Below, piece after piece: positions 1 to 13,167 of a DNA stretch of 64,000 bases. Origin of the DNA: Octopus sinensis (Eukaryota); assembly GCF_006345805.1 (NCBI RefSeq), contig NC_043014.1, positions 43,896,001-43,960,000 of the forward strand. Direction: 5' to 3'. The notes below the pieces were generated by a model that saw only the letters and a program-made list of their open reading frames with translations, had not been told where the DNA came from and searched no databases. The translations under genes were made by a program, and so were the position numbers. The stretch's first letter is position 1, and every line of letters begins with the position of its first letter.

Positions 1-110
1 TCTGGGTTCAGTCCTACTGCATGGCACCTTGGATGAGTACCTTCTAGGCTGACCAAAGTCTTCCAAGTCAATTTGATAGGCAGAAACTGCAAGAAGCTTG
101 TCATATATAT

Positions 111-497
111 ACTCTTTTACTTGTTTCAGTCATTTGACTGCGGCCATGCTGGAGCACCGCCTTCAGTCGAGCAAATCGACCCCGGGACTCATTCTTTTGT
201 AAGCCCAGTACTTATTCTATCGGTCTGTTTTGCCGAACCGCTAAGTAACGGGGACATAAACACAACAGCATCGGTTGTCAAGCAATGCTAGGGGGACAAA
301 CACAGACACACAAGCATATACACACACATATATACGACGGGCTTCTTTCAGTTTCCGTCTACCAAATCCACCCACAAGGCTTTGGTCGGCCCGAGGCTAT
401 AGTAGAAGACACTTGCCCAAGGTGCCACGTAGTGGGACTGAACCCAGAACCATGTGGTTGGTAAACAAGCTACTTACCACACAGCCACTCCTATGCC

Positions 498-498
<1 letters not shown>
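111..498 (-). mobile_element. SINE family A (tRNA head, CORE-like segment, internal (TA/TG)n, tail ...gactgaaacaagtaaaagag)
   Basis: Reverse complement of the full copy at 41032-41433. About 20 full or partial copies in the window. Confidence 0.8.
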
Positions 499-531
<33 letters not shown>

Positions 532-839
532 CATCTCTCACCAGATGGAGTACTTTTTTTGTTATCTTACCATCATGGAACAGTACTAGGCTTACAAAGA
601 ATAAGTCCTGGGGTCGATTTTCTCGACTAAAGGTGGTGCTCCAGCATGGCCACAGTCAAATGACTGAAACAAGTAAAAGAGAGTAACCCCCCTGGCCTAG
701 ATGCTCTCTCATTAGCTTGTAACAAATAATACTGGTAAAGGGTGGTTCATTATATACAAACGTAGTGATGGAGAAACCCCTGCTCTGAGGAACCAAAACA
801 TTAAGTTCATCTTCATTGTATTTTAACCTAAGAACTAAA

Positions 840-1197
840 GATCCCTTTTGGTCATGAATTACCATGGGATTGCACCTAGAAAGTTCCCCTCCAAGACACA
901 AGTCCAGGCAAAATTTTTAATGGGAGACCAGCAGTAGCCCATGCATACCAGCCTCCCCTCTACACACACCACCAATATTATCTAAGGGAAGGGAAAAGGC
1001 TGCTACAGCTTGGCACTAGTGACATTGCAACTCATTTCTACAGATGAATGAACTGAAATAAAATGAAATAAAGTGTTTTGCTCAAGAACATATGACAGAG
1101 CCTGGTCCAGGAATTGAACTCACTACCTCATGATTGTGAGCCTGACACTGTAACCACTGAGTCATGTGCCTTCACAGCCTGAGTCATGTGCCTTCAC
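840..1197 (-). mobile_element. tRNA-derived SINE (additional family)
   Basis: Minus head gtgaaggcacatgactcagtggttacag...gagttcaattcc then ttcttgagcaaaacac. The last 20 bp are locally duplicated. Confidence 0.6.
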
Positions 1198-1968
1198 AAT
1201 ATGAAGTATTGAATTAGGTACTGCAAAACAGCCTGTTGGCTAACAATGACCACAACACCGATGTATCACAGTCAAGTCATTTCTGGTAACATAGTTAAAG
1301 CTAAAGGTGGCAAGCTGAGAGAAATGGTAGCACACCAGGCAAAATGCTTAGCGGTATTTCGTCTGTCTTTACGTTCTGAGTTCAAATTCCACCAAGGTTG
1401 ACTTTGCGTTTCATCCCTTCAGGGTCAATAAATTAAGTACCAGATGCATACTGACTCCCCAAAATTTTCAGCCTTGTGCCTAGTGTAGAAAAGAACATTT
1501 ATTTACAGATAAGGCAGTGAGGTGGCAGAAATGTTAGCATGCAGTGGTATCTTGTCTGTCGTTACGTTCTGAGTTCAAATTCTGCTGAAGTCAACTTTGC
1601 TTTTCATCCTTTTGGGGGGTCAATAAATTAAGTACCAGTTGCGTACTAAGGTTGATCTAATCGACTGGCCCCCTCCCCAAAAATTTCGGGCCTTCTGCCT
1701 AGTGTAGAAAAGAATATTTATTTACAGATAAGGCTGGCAGAAATGTTAGCATGCAGGACGAAATGCTTAGCAGTATTTCATCTGTCTTTACATTCTGAGT
1801 TCAAATTCCGCCGAGGTCAACTTTGCCTTTCAGACTTTCAGGGTTGATAAATCAAGTACCAGTTGCATACTGGAGTCTTTCTAATCAACTGCTCCCCCCT
1901 CTCCCCCAAAATTTCAGGCCTTGTGCCTAGAGTAGAAAAGAAAATAGTCAAAGCTAATGTTCACATGT

Positions 1969-2196
1969 TTAACCCTTTCTTTACTGTATTTATTTTGAGA
2001 TGCTCTGTGTTTCTTTCAATTACTTTAAATATAACAAGGAATTTAGTAAAATAACTTAGTTATCATTAAGCTAGTATTAGGAACATAAGTTGTGACTAAG
2101 ATTTGGTGGAAGATTTTAATTCAAAACTTATGAAAACAGGACATTTATACTCAGAGCCAGAGCCGGTTTCAGCCGGGTTGGTAATGAAAGGGTTAA
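1969..2196 (+). mobile_element. TTAA-flanked piggyBac-like MITE, family 1
   Basis: ttaaccctttc...gaaagggttaa termini (TTAA + CCC/GGG), ~228 bp. Nine copies in the window. Confidence 0.8.
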
Positions 2197-2539
2197 TACA
2201 CTAGTTACTGTTTGCCTTATTGAATGCAAAGAATATCAGAAAGCTAATATACATCCTATCACAGCTAGTAGTAGCCCTTTTTTTTTATTTTTACCAATTT
2301 ATGATCCCTTTTTAACCCCTACTCCCCCTCTCTCCTCCTTCCCCCCTCTCTCCTCCTTCCCCCCTCCGTCTCTACACCCCCCTCTCTCCATCCCTTTTGG
2401 ATATGCTGCAAGCCTCAGCAAGAAAAACCTTAGACTTATTTTATTCTTTCATCATCCCCTTATATTTTTTTCTTTAATTCCTTCCCTATTCTTTCTTAGA
2501 TTTATTTCTCTTTTAGGCTGTTTTCTTTCATTTTCTCAT

Positions 2540-2727
2540 TGTTCTCACACTCTCTCTCTCTCCTTTCTTTCTTTCTCTCTCTCTCTCCTTTCTCTCTCTC
2601 TCTCTCCCTTCTTTCTCTCTCTCCTTTCTTTCTCTCTCTCTCCTTTCTTTCTCTCTCTCCTTTCTTTCTCCCTCTCCTTTCTTTCTTTCTCTCTCCCTCT
2701 CCTTTCTTTCTCTCTCTCTCTCTCCTT

Positions 2728-2764
<37 letters not shown>

Positions 2765-2770
2765 TTCTTT
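2540..2770. repeat. (CT)n/CTTT low-complexity tract
   Basis: Direct reading. Source of the RE/LS-rich ORFs. Confidence 0.9.
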
Positions 2771-3429
2771 CTCTGTAACCCTTTCATTTCCTTCTTTCTC
2801 AACCTCCCTCAAAAACTTCTTCAGTAAACTAATTTGCTTTTCCCACCCACTCCCTTAAGTTGCTATCATCATCATCATCATCATCAATCATCATCATCAT
2901 CATCAATCATCATCATCATCATCAATCATCATCATCATCATTTGCTCATTAGAATTTTCCTGTCATTTAAATCCACCTCCACCACCACCACCACCACCAC
3001 CATCCATGTTCCATAACACCACACACACACACACACACACAGTCCCTCCCTCACACACCCTTCTCCTACATCCTCCTTAATTATAGGCTGCAGTCTTTCT
3101 TTAATAATTACAATACCCACCTACCCTCTTATTTTAATTACCACTCTCTCTCCTTTAATTACACTACCCCCTTCCACCCACCTGACCCCCCCGCTCCCCT
3201 CCACCCCCCCCCGACTCTGTTACTTCCTTTTCCCCCCAACAGTTGAGTCTAATTACTCCTGCTTTTACCCTTCTAATTATGCAGCTCTAACTTTCCTCTT
3301 CACCCTCCACCCACCTCTCTCTCTCTCTCCACCCTTTGCTGAATACTCCCATACCTCACTGCTAGCATACATATATGTCCATGTGGCCCTCCTCCTTCAC
3401 CATTCACACACACACACACACACACAGAA

Positions 3430-3960
3430 TGTATGTGTGTGTGTATGTATAGATTTATGTATGTATGTATAAATGTATATAAGTGTGTGTGTGTATGTAT
3501 GGATTTTTGTATGTATGTATAAATGTATACAAGTGTGTGTGTATGTATGGTTTTATGTATGTATGCATAAATGTATATAAGTGTGTGTGTATGTATGTAT
3601 GTATAAATGTATATAAGCGTGTGTGTATATATGGGTTTATGTATGTATGTATAAATGTATATAAGTGTGTGTGTATGTATGGATTTATGTATGTATGTAT
3701 GTATAAATGTATATCAGTGTGTATAGATGGATTTATGTATGTATGTATGTATAAATGTATATAAGTGTGTATGTATGGATTTATGTATGTATGTATAAAT
3801 GTATATAAGTGTGTGTGTATGTATGGATTTATGTATGTATGTATCAATGTATATAAGTGTGTGTGTATGTATGGATTTATGTATGTATGTATAAATGTAT
3901 ATAAGTGTGTATGTATGTATGTATACATGTGTGTATGTATGTCTTACGTGTTCATTTACA
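3430..3960. repeat. ~40-46-bp minisatellite (tatggatttatgtatgtatgtataaatgtatataagtgtgtgtgtatg)
   Basis: About 11 tandem units. Confidence 0.9.
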
Positions 3961-5629
3961 TGCATACACTATGTATGTATATATGTATGTATGTATGTGT
4001 TGTGTGTTTAAATAAGAACATGTATGTATACATGTATGTTGTATGTCTTTTGCATTTTACTCACTCACACATGCATGTGCACACACACACATGTGTATAT
4101 ATACATGCATAATACTTGAGTGTATAGAATTTATCTACACACCTGCATACAAACACACACATACACAAAGACAGGTTTGAGTGTGTGTATGTGTGTGAGA
4201 GAGACAGACAGACAGACAGAAAAAGGTATGTATTGTATATAATTATGTCCGTTGTGTCCCTTGTATGTATGTATGCATTGAGACTATTTCATTGTCCAAC
4301 TCCCTTGACTCGAATATAGAAGGCAAGAAAGTTTAGAGGGGTCAGGCTAGAACCCTGCATCAGGCCAGTAATTGTGTATCAGTCCAGAAAACTTGAAATT
4401 AAGATAATGCTGGGGGTGGTGGTGGTGGTGGTGGTGTGGAGGGGTGGGTTACTACCTTTGTATGTTCAAGGTCTTTCTGCAATAAAAACAGGTATTTATG
4501 TTTGTATATGTGTGTGTGTTTGTATATGTGTGTGTGTGTGTATGTGTATAGCTACTTTGGAAACTCTGTGTGTGTGTGTGTGTGTATAGCTGCTTTGGAG
4601 ACTCTGTGTGTGTGTGTATAGCTGCTTTGGAGACTCTGTGTGTGTGTGTATAGCTACTTTGGAAACTCTGTGTGTGTGTGTTTTGTAGAAATGTATGGAA
4701 GCACATACTGAAATGCATCTGTGGCCCATGTGCACTTTATATAACATATGCATACTGACATGCATATATACCTGCATGCTCATGGCAAAATTCAAAAGCA
4801 AAAACTTGCGCCACCATTTACAAAATACTGTTTGCGTCAAATTCTGTGTATGAATATAATATATATTTGTATAGACTACACATATGTAGAATCTTACACA
4901 TAACATAGGTAATTATTAAATAAATCTATGCACATATGCACCACAAGTAATTAGCAATTGGCCGCATACATATGTACATCTTCTCCCTCCCCGTGCACTA
5001 ATCATTCCTTCCCAATTCTGTCTCAAAATTTTTAGGTATATCATTATGTCCTCATCTTCCTGTAATTTACTCCAATGCTGTATTACCTCCCTTTCTCTCT
5101 GTCTTCTCCTTTCAATGAAGATAGAATTAGCCTTCTGGACTTAGATTTTTTTCTCTTTTTTTTTTTTAGGCGGTTCTTTATTTTTTTTTGCCTGCTGTTT
5201 TCGAATTGTCCTCTTTATCATTGTATGACACTTATTCACAGAACGGTGTACGTGGTATTTAGTCCCCCTGTTGCAAAATGAAAAGGCTAAATCTTCCAGG
5301 TTCAACCTTACCTTACTATCTATCCGTCCAAATTCAATGAAATAAGAAAACCAGTGACATAGCCAAGCCATTTAATTATACTTCACACCTCTGAATTGCT
5401 GCCTTCTTCCATCGTCAGAAATCATCATCATCATCAAGCAGTAGGGTGATAGAAACGATGAAAGTATTTAGGTTAGTTTTAGCCAGTTTCTGGTTTCAAA
5501 TCTTGCTGGGGCTTAACTTCACTTTTATTCCAGCAGGGATGATTGAATATAATACCAGATATATACTCAGGTTGACACAGTCATCTTTAATCGTCTTCTA
5601 TAGATTTGTTTCCTCATGCCCATTTTAGA

Positions 5630-5674
<45 letters not shown>

Positions 5675-7175
5675 GACTTTGCTTTTCATCTTTTCGGGGT
5701 TGATGAAACAAGTACCAGTCACGCATTGGGGGTCGATGTAATCGGCTAACTCCATCCCCCCTAGACTTCAGGCCTTGTCCTTACAGTAGAAAGGATTACT
5801 ATCGTCATCATCATCATCATCATCGTCATCATTATTATTATTATTATTATTTCATATATAGACAACATATTAAACTGTTGGAAACCAAAAACAAAAATCC
5901 CCCAACATTGGGCTGCATCAAGTAACCTTAGATGCCAAGAACCTTCCTAAGTACCCTAGCTGTCCCAAATAATACCATTTTTTGGAGCTGCACTAAACTA
6001 GGTTTTGTGTCCATTTCCTCTATTGTTGTCGTCGACGACGATGACGTTATCATCATCAGTAATTTGCAAACTAAGAAATTATATTTCTTTCTGCTTCTTT
6101 CCATCATCAATAAAATAAGGAACAGTGAATTTTAAAGAATATATTACTTAGAATAACACACATACACACACATGCTACATACTTGCATAATCCATCCATC
6201 TATCCATCAGATGAAGTTCACTCCGGTGTAATCTGAAAGATAAGATCTGTGTCAGCATGATAATGACATCCAGAAAAATTCCTGGAACCAAGAATCTAGA
6301 ACCAAAAACATCAAAAACTAACAGCCATACGACAATTAATTTCACACTCACAGTTCAACATTACATGAGACCACTTTGCAGAATTACTAAACATTTGATA
6401 CTTTCAACCTGCTACAGCCATTGCTATAGTAATATTTAATCCTTTCATTTTATTTTAAAAATTTTCTTGACAAAGAGCTTCAAGTCCGAAATGTTAGTCT
6501 CTCTGTTGTTTCTAGCTTACAGCCTAAAATTATATATGATGCACCCCTACACACACACACATTTTCAATTTTTTCTATTTCATTCTTTCATTTAGTGTTT
6601 CTGAAATCTATTTAGATATTGTAGGTCGTTTCAATTGACCTACTGCCCTGCAGTTGACCTTGTGGAATGGAAAAGAAATCTTCTTAACTGTATTTTATCT
6701 ATATTGAGAAAATTGTTTTTAATTTCTATACATAGATAGCAATCTACTTTATCTCTTTTTCTTTTATTTACCTCTCACTCACTCACTCACTCTCTGTCTC
6801 ATTCTCTTACTCTCTCTCTCTCTCTCTCACTCTCTCTCTCTCTGCTTTGTTTCTTTTTTTCTTTCTTCAGCAGTTTTTCCTTCTTTTTATTTTATCCACT
6901 CATTTTCTGCCTTTCCCCCTCCCCTCTTTCTACTTTCATATTTTCCTAATTCCATCTTTCTTTTATAGAATCATACATTGCTACAGACATGTACAATCAT
7001 TGTGCAAACGTGTGCACGTATCAACAGACTTACACACACACACTCTTGTGTGTGTGTGTGTGTATTCACAAATGTATATATGTGTTTATTTACATTAATC
7101 ATCAGAAGCTACAGAGTGGTTTAAGGGCCAAGATTTTCATGCATAAACTTATATATATATATATATATTCTTTTT

Positions 7176-7547
7176 ACTCTTTTACTTGTTTCAGTCATTT
7201 GACTGTGGCCATGCTGGAACACTGCCTTTAGTCGAGCAAATCGACCCCAGGACTTATTCTTTGTAAGCCTAGTAATTATTCTATTGGTCTTTTGCTGAAC
7301 TGCTAAGTTACAGAGATGTAAACACACCAGCATCGGCTGTCGAGCGATGTGGGGTGGGGTAAACACAGACACACAAACATATATATACAATGGGCTTCTT
7401 TCAGTTTCCGTTTACCAAATCCACTCACAAGGCTTTGGTCGGCCTGAGGCTATAGTAGAAGACACTTGCCCAAGGTACCACGCAGTGGAACTGAACCTAG
7501 AACCATGTGGTAAGCAAGCTACTTACCACACAGCCACTCCTACGCCT
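7176..7547 (-). mobile_element. SINE family A
   Basis: Full-length match to family consensus. Confidence 0.8.
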
Positions 7548-8809
7548 ATATATATATATGTATGCATGTATTTGTATATATGTGTGTGTGTATGCATGTC
7601 TACATATGTATGTATGTGTGTATGGGCTGTTTCATTCTCCACACTCACACACACCACAACAGTTGCTTCTCCCCTAAATCCCTTGGGAAAGGCATGAATG
7701 TCACATCTTCCATTTCTCCATTGTAATTACCAAAGCCTTTCACACTTCATTGGCTATCTCTGGCCACAAAAATATATTTAGCTCTGTTTATCACTCCAAC
7801 GCACAGAATAGAATATTTTTTATGGCTATAAAAAAGCAGTTTTGTGAAAATAGATCAAGTACAACATATATTCCTGATGTTGCTGTGTGGTAAGGAACTT
7901 GCTTTGCAACCATGTGGTTTCGGGTTCATCTCCAGGGTCAACCAATACCTTGTTAGTGAATATGATAGACAGAAATTGTGTGTGTGTGTGTGTGTGTGTA
8001 TCATCATCATCGTTTAACGTCCGCTTTCCATGCTAGCATGGGTTGGATGGTTCAACTGGGGTCTGGCAAGCCCGAAGGCTGCACCAGGCCAGTCAGATCT
8101 GGCAGTGTTTCTACAGCTGGATGCCCTTCCTAACGCCAACCACTCCGAGAGTGTAGTGGGTGATATTATGTGCCACCGACACAAGTGCCAGACGAGGCCT
8201 CAGACGGCCACGCTCGGATGGTGTTTTTTATGTGCCACCGACACAGGTGCCAGACGAGGCTGGCAGACGGCCACGCTCGGATGGTGTTTTTTATGTGCCA
8301 CGACACACATATATATATATATATATATATAATATATATATATATATTAGAAGGTTTGGAGGTGATGTACAGGTATTATATATTAGAAGAAATAAGGTAC
8401 TCAGAAATGTGGATGGTTTTATATTTACAGACTGAAGAATCCACTAGAGTGGATGCAAGCGTTAATATATGACTTATAAAAAAATGTGACATATTAATAA
8501 AAATCTGTAGATATAAAACCATCCAGATTTCTGAGTACAAACAAACCTAAGATGAACAAATAAATGTGTTTGGATGTGTGTGTACATGTATACACTGAGA
8601 TATTCCGGCAATTTTCAAATTTGAAACCTCTGTTATGAGTCAAACTATTTCATTTTCAGTGTTCCTCTACAACACATATTGAGCACTCCTTTCTCATTTG
8701 TCCAACATAAACGAACATGTTTATAACATAAATATATCTATGTATGTATGTATTAATAGATATATGTATTAATATTGTGTTTTTTCTTTTTCTCTTTGTG
8801 TTTCTTCAG

Positions 8810-8919
8810 GCAGTGTGAAACTGAATGAGGGTGATTTAGTGATTTTTGGTCACCCTGGTGGAGTACGCCTACCTCCAGGGAACCGGACCAGGCAGCCGGA
8901 CTCTGAATACCAGTTTATT
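8810..8919 (+). CDS. Internal coding exon encoding the C-terminal part of an FHA-like domain (TCF19-like protein candidate)
   Basis: Polypyrimidine tract + tttcttcag acceptor (AG 8808-8809) and att|gtaagt donor (GT 8920-8921). 110 nt = 2 nt + 36 codons SVKLNEGDLVIFGHPGGVRLPPGNRTRQPDSEYQFI. LxxGDxxxFG...SEY/FxF matches the last strands of FHA domains, recalled as closest to TCF19 (LSDGDLLTFG...SEFYFMF). No database search run. Confidence 0.8.
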
Positions 8920-9299
8920 GTAAGTTGATTTACTTAACACTGATCTATCGTTGTTGTTGTTGTTGTTCTTATCATCATCATCATCATCTCCATCATCATC
9001 TTCATCACTTCTACTGTTGTCATAAGACTCTGTGACTCTTTTGCCAGGGTCATAGCTTTGCGATTGTTATCATAATTGTCACTTAACATACGAACAGCAT
9101 TAACTTCAGGGTCAGTGCTTTTCGTTTCGCTATTTATTATCTTTGTCAGTATGATTATCATCATTATCGACCATTTATCATCATCGGAATCATCAGCCAC
9201 CATCATCATCATCATCATCAGTCATTGACCCCTTTCATAAATTAGTGTCATCATTATCAGCATTGGGCACTATTACCGTTGTCAGTCATTATGACCATC

Positions 9300-10565
9300 A
9301 TCAGTCACAGTCATCATCATCATCATCAGTCACTTTCATCATCATCATCATCATCAGTCACTTTCATTATCATCAACATCATCATCATCATCATCATCGT
9401 TTAGCGTCCGTTTTCCATGCTAGCATGGGTTGGACCATCATCAGTCACTTTCATCATCATCATCATCATCATCAGTCAATTTCATCATCGTCATCATTAT
9501 CAGTCACTTTCATCATCATCATCATCAGTCACTTTCATCATCATCATCATGTCACTTTCATCATCATCAGTCACTTTCATCATCATCATCAGTCACTTTC
9601 ATCATCATCATCATCATCAGTCACTTTCATCATCATCATCAGTCACTTTCATCATCATCATCATCAGTCACTTTCATCATCATCATCAATCACTTTCATC
9701 ATCATCATGTCACTTTCATCATCATCAGTCACTTTCATCATCATCATCAGTCACTTTCATCATCATCATCAATCACTATCATCATCATCATCATCAGTCA
9801 CTTTCATCATCATCATCAGTCACTTTCATCATCATCATCAGTCACTTTCATCATCATCAATCACTTTCATCATCATCATCATGTCACTTTCATCATCATC
9901 ATCAGTCACTTTCATCATCATCAATCACTTTCATCATCATCATCATGTCACTTTCATCATCATGTCACTTTCATCATCATCAGTCACTTTCATCATCATC
10001 ATCAATCACTTTCATCATCATCATCATCTCACTTTCATCATCATCAGTCACTTTCATCATCATCATCAGTCACTTTCATCATCATCATCATCGGTCACTT
10101 TCATCATCATCATCAATCACTATCATCATCAGTCACTTTCATCATCATCATCAGTCACTTTCATCATCATCATCATCAGTCACTTCATCATCATCATCAT
10201 CATCAGTCACTTTCATCATCATCATCAGTCACTTTCATCATCATCAATCACTTTCATCATCATCATCATGTCACTTTCATCATCATCAGTCACTTTCATC
10301 ATCATCATCAGTCACTTTCATCATCATCAATCACTTTCATCATCATCATCATGTCACTTTCATCATCATCAGTCACTTTCATCATCATCATCATCAGTCA
10401 CTTCATCATCATCATCAATCACTATCATCATCAGTCACTTTCATCATCATCATCAGTCACTTTCATCATCATCATCATCAGTCACTTTCATCATCGTCAT
10501 CATCATCAGTCACATTCATCATTATCATCATCATCAGTCACTTTCATCATCATCATCATCAGTCA
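9300..10565. repeat. Minisatellite of (cat)n-cagtcacttt units
   Basis: Dozens of units with variable CAT number. Source of the H/I/S-rich ORFs. Confidence 0.95.
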
Positions 10566-11059
10566 TCATCACCATTATCAGTGATGGCATTGTTTTATGT
10601 ACAAAGACAGACATATTGCATGATTTGATTTGCTGAGTGATGTGTATTTCTGAGTAGTTTTATTTTGCTTTCATGTATTAGAGAGAGGTCCTCCCTATAA
10701 ATTCCTTGGGATCATTTGTCAGGGAATGGCTCACTTAACCTTTTTTACTGAGAAGGTATCATGCAAAGATGGGCATAAGACAATTGTAACTATTTTTGGT
10801 TTGTTAGGCCCGGATGGTTGGAGGAGCAAGTAAAGGCGCAGGATTGTGCACTTTTGTGCATTCGGTAGAAATTCCGGTGATGGTGATGGTGATGGTTGTT
10901 CTCTTTGTATATACTCAGTGGTAGCTGAATCACTCATTTATGTGTGGATTAGGAGAAAAATGCTAATTCCTGAATCTGATTTAGGCTTTGCATTAAGAAT
11001 TCATAACTGCAGCAAGATATTCATGACCGTAGTGAGCCGGTCGCTGATTAAAATAGCTG

Positions 11060-11630
11060 AAGATCACCGCCACCAACACCACCACCACCACCATCATCAT
11101 CATCATTATCATCACCACCAACACTGTCGTCGTCATCATCATCATCATTATCATCATCAACATCATCATCATCACCACCAACACTCATCGTCATCATTAT
11201 CATCAACATCATCATCACCACCACCACCAACACTGCCATCATCATCACCAACACTGTCGTCGTCATTATCATCATTAGCATCATCATCATCATCATCAAC
11301 AACATTATCATCATCATCAACATCATCATCACCACCACCACCAACACTGCCATCATTATCATCATCAACATCATCATCACCATAATCATCATCATCATCA
11401 TTATCATCATCAACATCATCAACATCATCATCACCACCAACACTGTCGTCATCATCATCATCATCGTCATTATCATCATCAACATCATCATCATCACCAT
11501 AATCATTATCATCATCATCATCATCATCACCACCAACACTGCCATCATCATCACCAACACTGTCGTCGTCATCATCATCACCACCAACACTGTCGTCGTC
11601 ATCATCATTATCATCATCATCACTGGCACC
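11060..11630. repeat. Compound (CAT/CAC/CGT)n trinucleotide array
   Basis: Recurrent accaccaacactgtcgtcgtc subunit. Confidence 0.9.
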
Positions 11631-11979
11631 GCCACCACCTTCAGCAGCAGCAACGTCTTCATCTCTGCATTTGTTCCGACTTCTTGAATCATTCATTTTA
11701 CCAATATCTGTCATCTTGCTGGTTATCATTTTTTAAGACAAAAATCAGGTGGGATATTATTAGTGGCATATCTAAAGAATGAGTTGGGTTTAGTCCAATT
11801 TAATGCAAGATTATTAAGAATATAGAATTGTTTAAGTAATGTTTTTGAGGTTCGTTTTTTTTTTTTTCTTGCTTTTTTCAAATCTTGTGTAAGAATCAGT
11901 GTTGGAAAGCTGATGTTATAAGGGGACAACAGGGTTAAAAGTTTAGGGTATGTAATAAGGTACCTCATCATCATTAGCA

Positions 11980-12640
11980 ACCCACATTACACGATCTCTT
12001 GACCGACCGGACTATCAGGTTCTGTTACACATCACTGGTCACAGTGCGCTTTGCATTGTTTTAGTCATCAAATGACGCCACCCCGCTGGCTAGGCAAGCA
12101 GGCCGAAACACCCCCTTGATCAAAATGGGACTGGAGTAACATGAAATGACATACTTTGCTCAAGAACACAATTCACCACTCAGTATGGACATTATCAAAG
12201 AAGCTTGAGAGGCGGTTAGATGGAACCTACACCTGCCTCCTTATGAGAGCTCAAAATCTCTCATGGAAGCATCATCCAACCAAAATGCAAATATATGGGA
12301 AACTACCACGTGTGTCATCTCTTGTGAAAGGTAGGAGAGTCCAGTTTGCTGGACATTGTTGTAGAGCTGGAAACGAGGCAATTTCTACTCTTCTCCTCTG
12401 GAAGCCATCTACTCATGATACCAGAGGGCGCACACTCTCCTACCCTGATGTAATCTCCAGGGATACAGGCATCCAGCAACAGGACCTCCGTAATGCTATG
12501 ATGGACCGTGAAGTCTGGCGTAGCATGGTAAATTCCATTGTCTCGACCACGGTTGAACAATGATGATGATGATGGGAATCGAACCTACGAACTAGTAATC
12601 ATGAGTGCAATGGCCTTACCACTAGACCATGCAGCTCCAC
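11980..12640 (-). mobile_element. tRNA-derived SINE interrupted by the LINE fragment
   Basis: Minus head gtggagctgcatggtctagtggtaagg...ggttcgattcc (12640-12575, A/B boxes) continues after the LINE as ttgtgttcttgagcaaag (from ~12172 down). Confidence 0.6.
12185..12574 (+). mobile_element. 5'-truncated RTE-type LINE 3' end with (TGA)n tail
   Basis: Open frame WTLSKKLERRLDGTYTCLLMRAQNLSWKHH...RRVQFAGHCCRA...LLWKP...DREVWRSMV, typical of the non-LTR RT C-terminal region, then tgatgatgatgatg. Confidence 0.8.
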
Positions 12641-13133
12641 AAGCAACCCGCATTTTACTCACTTTAGTGATTAAATAGGTTATGTACTGTGCTCCCTACT
12701 TTCTATTGTTGTTGTTTGTTCCTTCTCAAGCGATGCCTGGCTCATAAGGGCTGGTTTCCCGGTTTCATTGGCATATAGGTTCTCCACCTGGAGGAGATGC
12801 TGGTCAATTGCACAACTTTCTATTAGTTACCATAAATTAAGAATACTAGTAATATTCTGAGGTTGAGTGGTTCAACTGTACCTCCCTGCTTTCAGTTAAA
12901 GCACAGTTAAAATTTTTCATACCATATTTATGTTGAAATAGACTATTTTGTTTCATTTGATTTTGAAAATAATAAAGAATTATAGGTGTAAGCATGGCTG
13001 TGTAGTAAGAAACTTGTTTTCCAACCAGATGGTTCTGGGTTCAGTCCCATTACATGGCACCTTTGGCAAATGTCTTCCACTGTTGTCCTGGACTTACCAA
13101 AGCCTTGTGAGTGGAACTGGTAGATGGAAAAGC

Positions 13134-13167
<34 letters not shown>

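Noticed and set aside
73-508. Recurrent ORFs such as YSRRHLPKVPRSGTEPGTMW and RLSVSVYQIHSQGFG
   Set aside because: These are translations of SINE family A copies, not genes.
3455-4112. YIHT/MYVC-type ORFs here and at 14509-15214, 21360-21816, 55106-55676
   Set aside because: Translations of TA/TG microsatellites.
5141-5371. Minus-strand Lys-rich ORF with an acceptor-like site near 5258
   Set aside because: Terminates in a poly-A-derived tract, has no domain, and its phase does not link to other candidates.
6462-6499. Hammerhead-like remnant ttttcttgacaaagagcttcaagtccgaaatgttag
   Set aside because: It resembles the 25790 family, but the core (TTGACAA), stem II and stem I are all broken.
9245-10636. 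Three overlapping 384-463-aa His/Ile/Ser-rich ORFs
   Set aside because: All three forward frames are open only because the CAT-based minisatellite lacks stops. No coding bias or domain.
12575-12640. tRNA-like sequences (also ~1105-1177 and ~13900-13965)
   Set aside because: These are SINE heads with A/B boxes, lacking a complete cloverleaf and continuing into SINE bodies.
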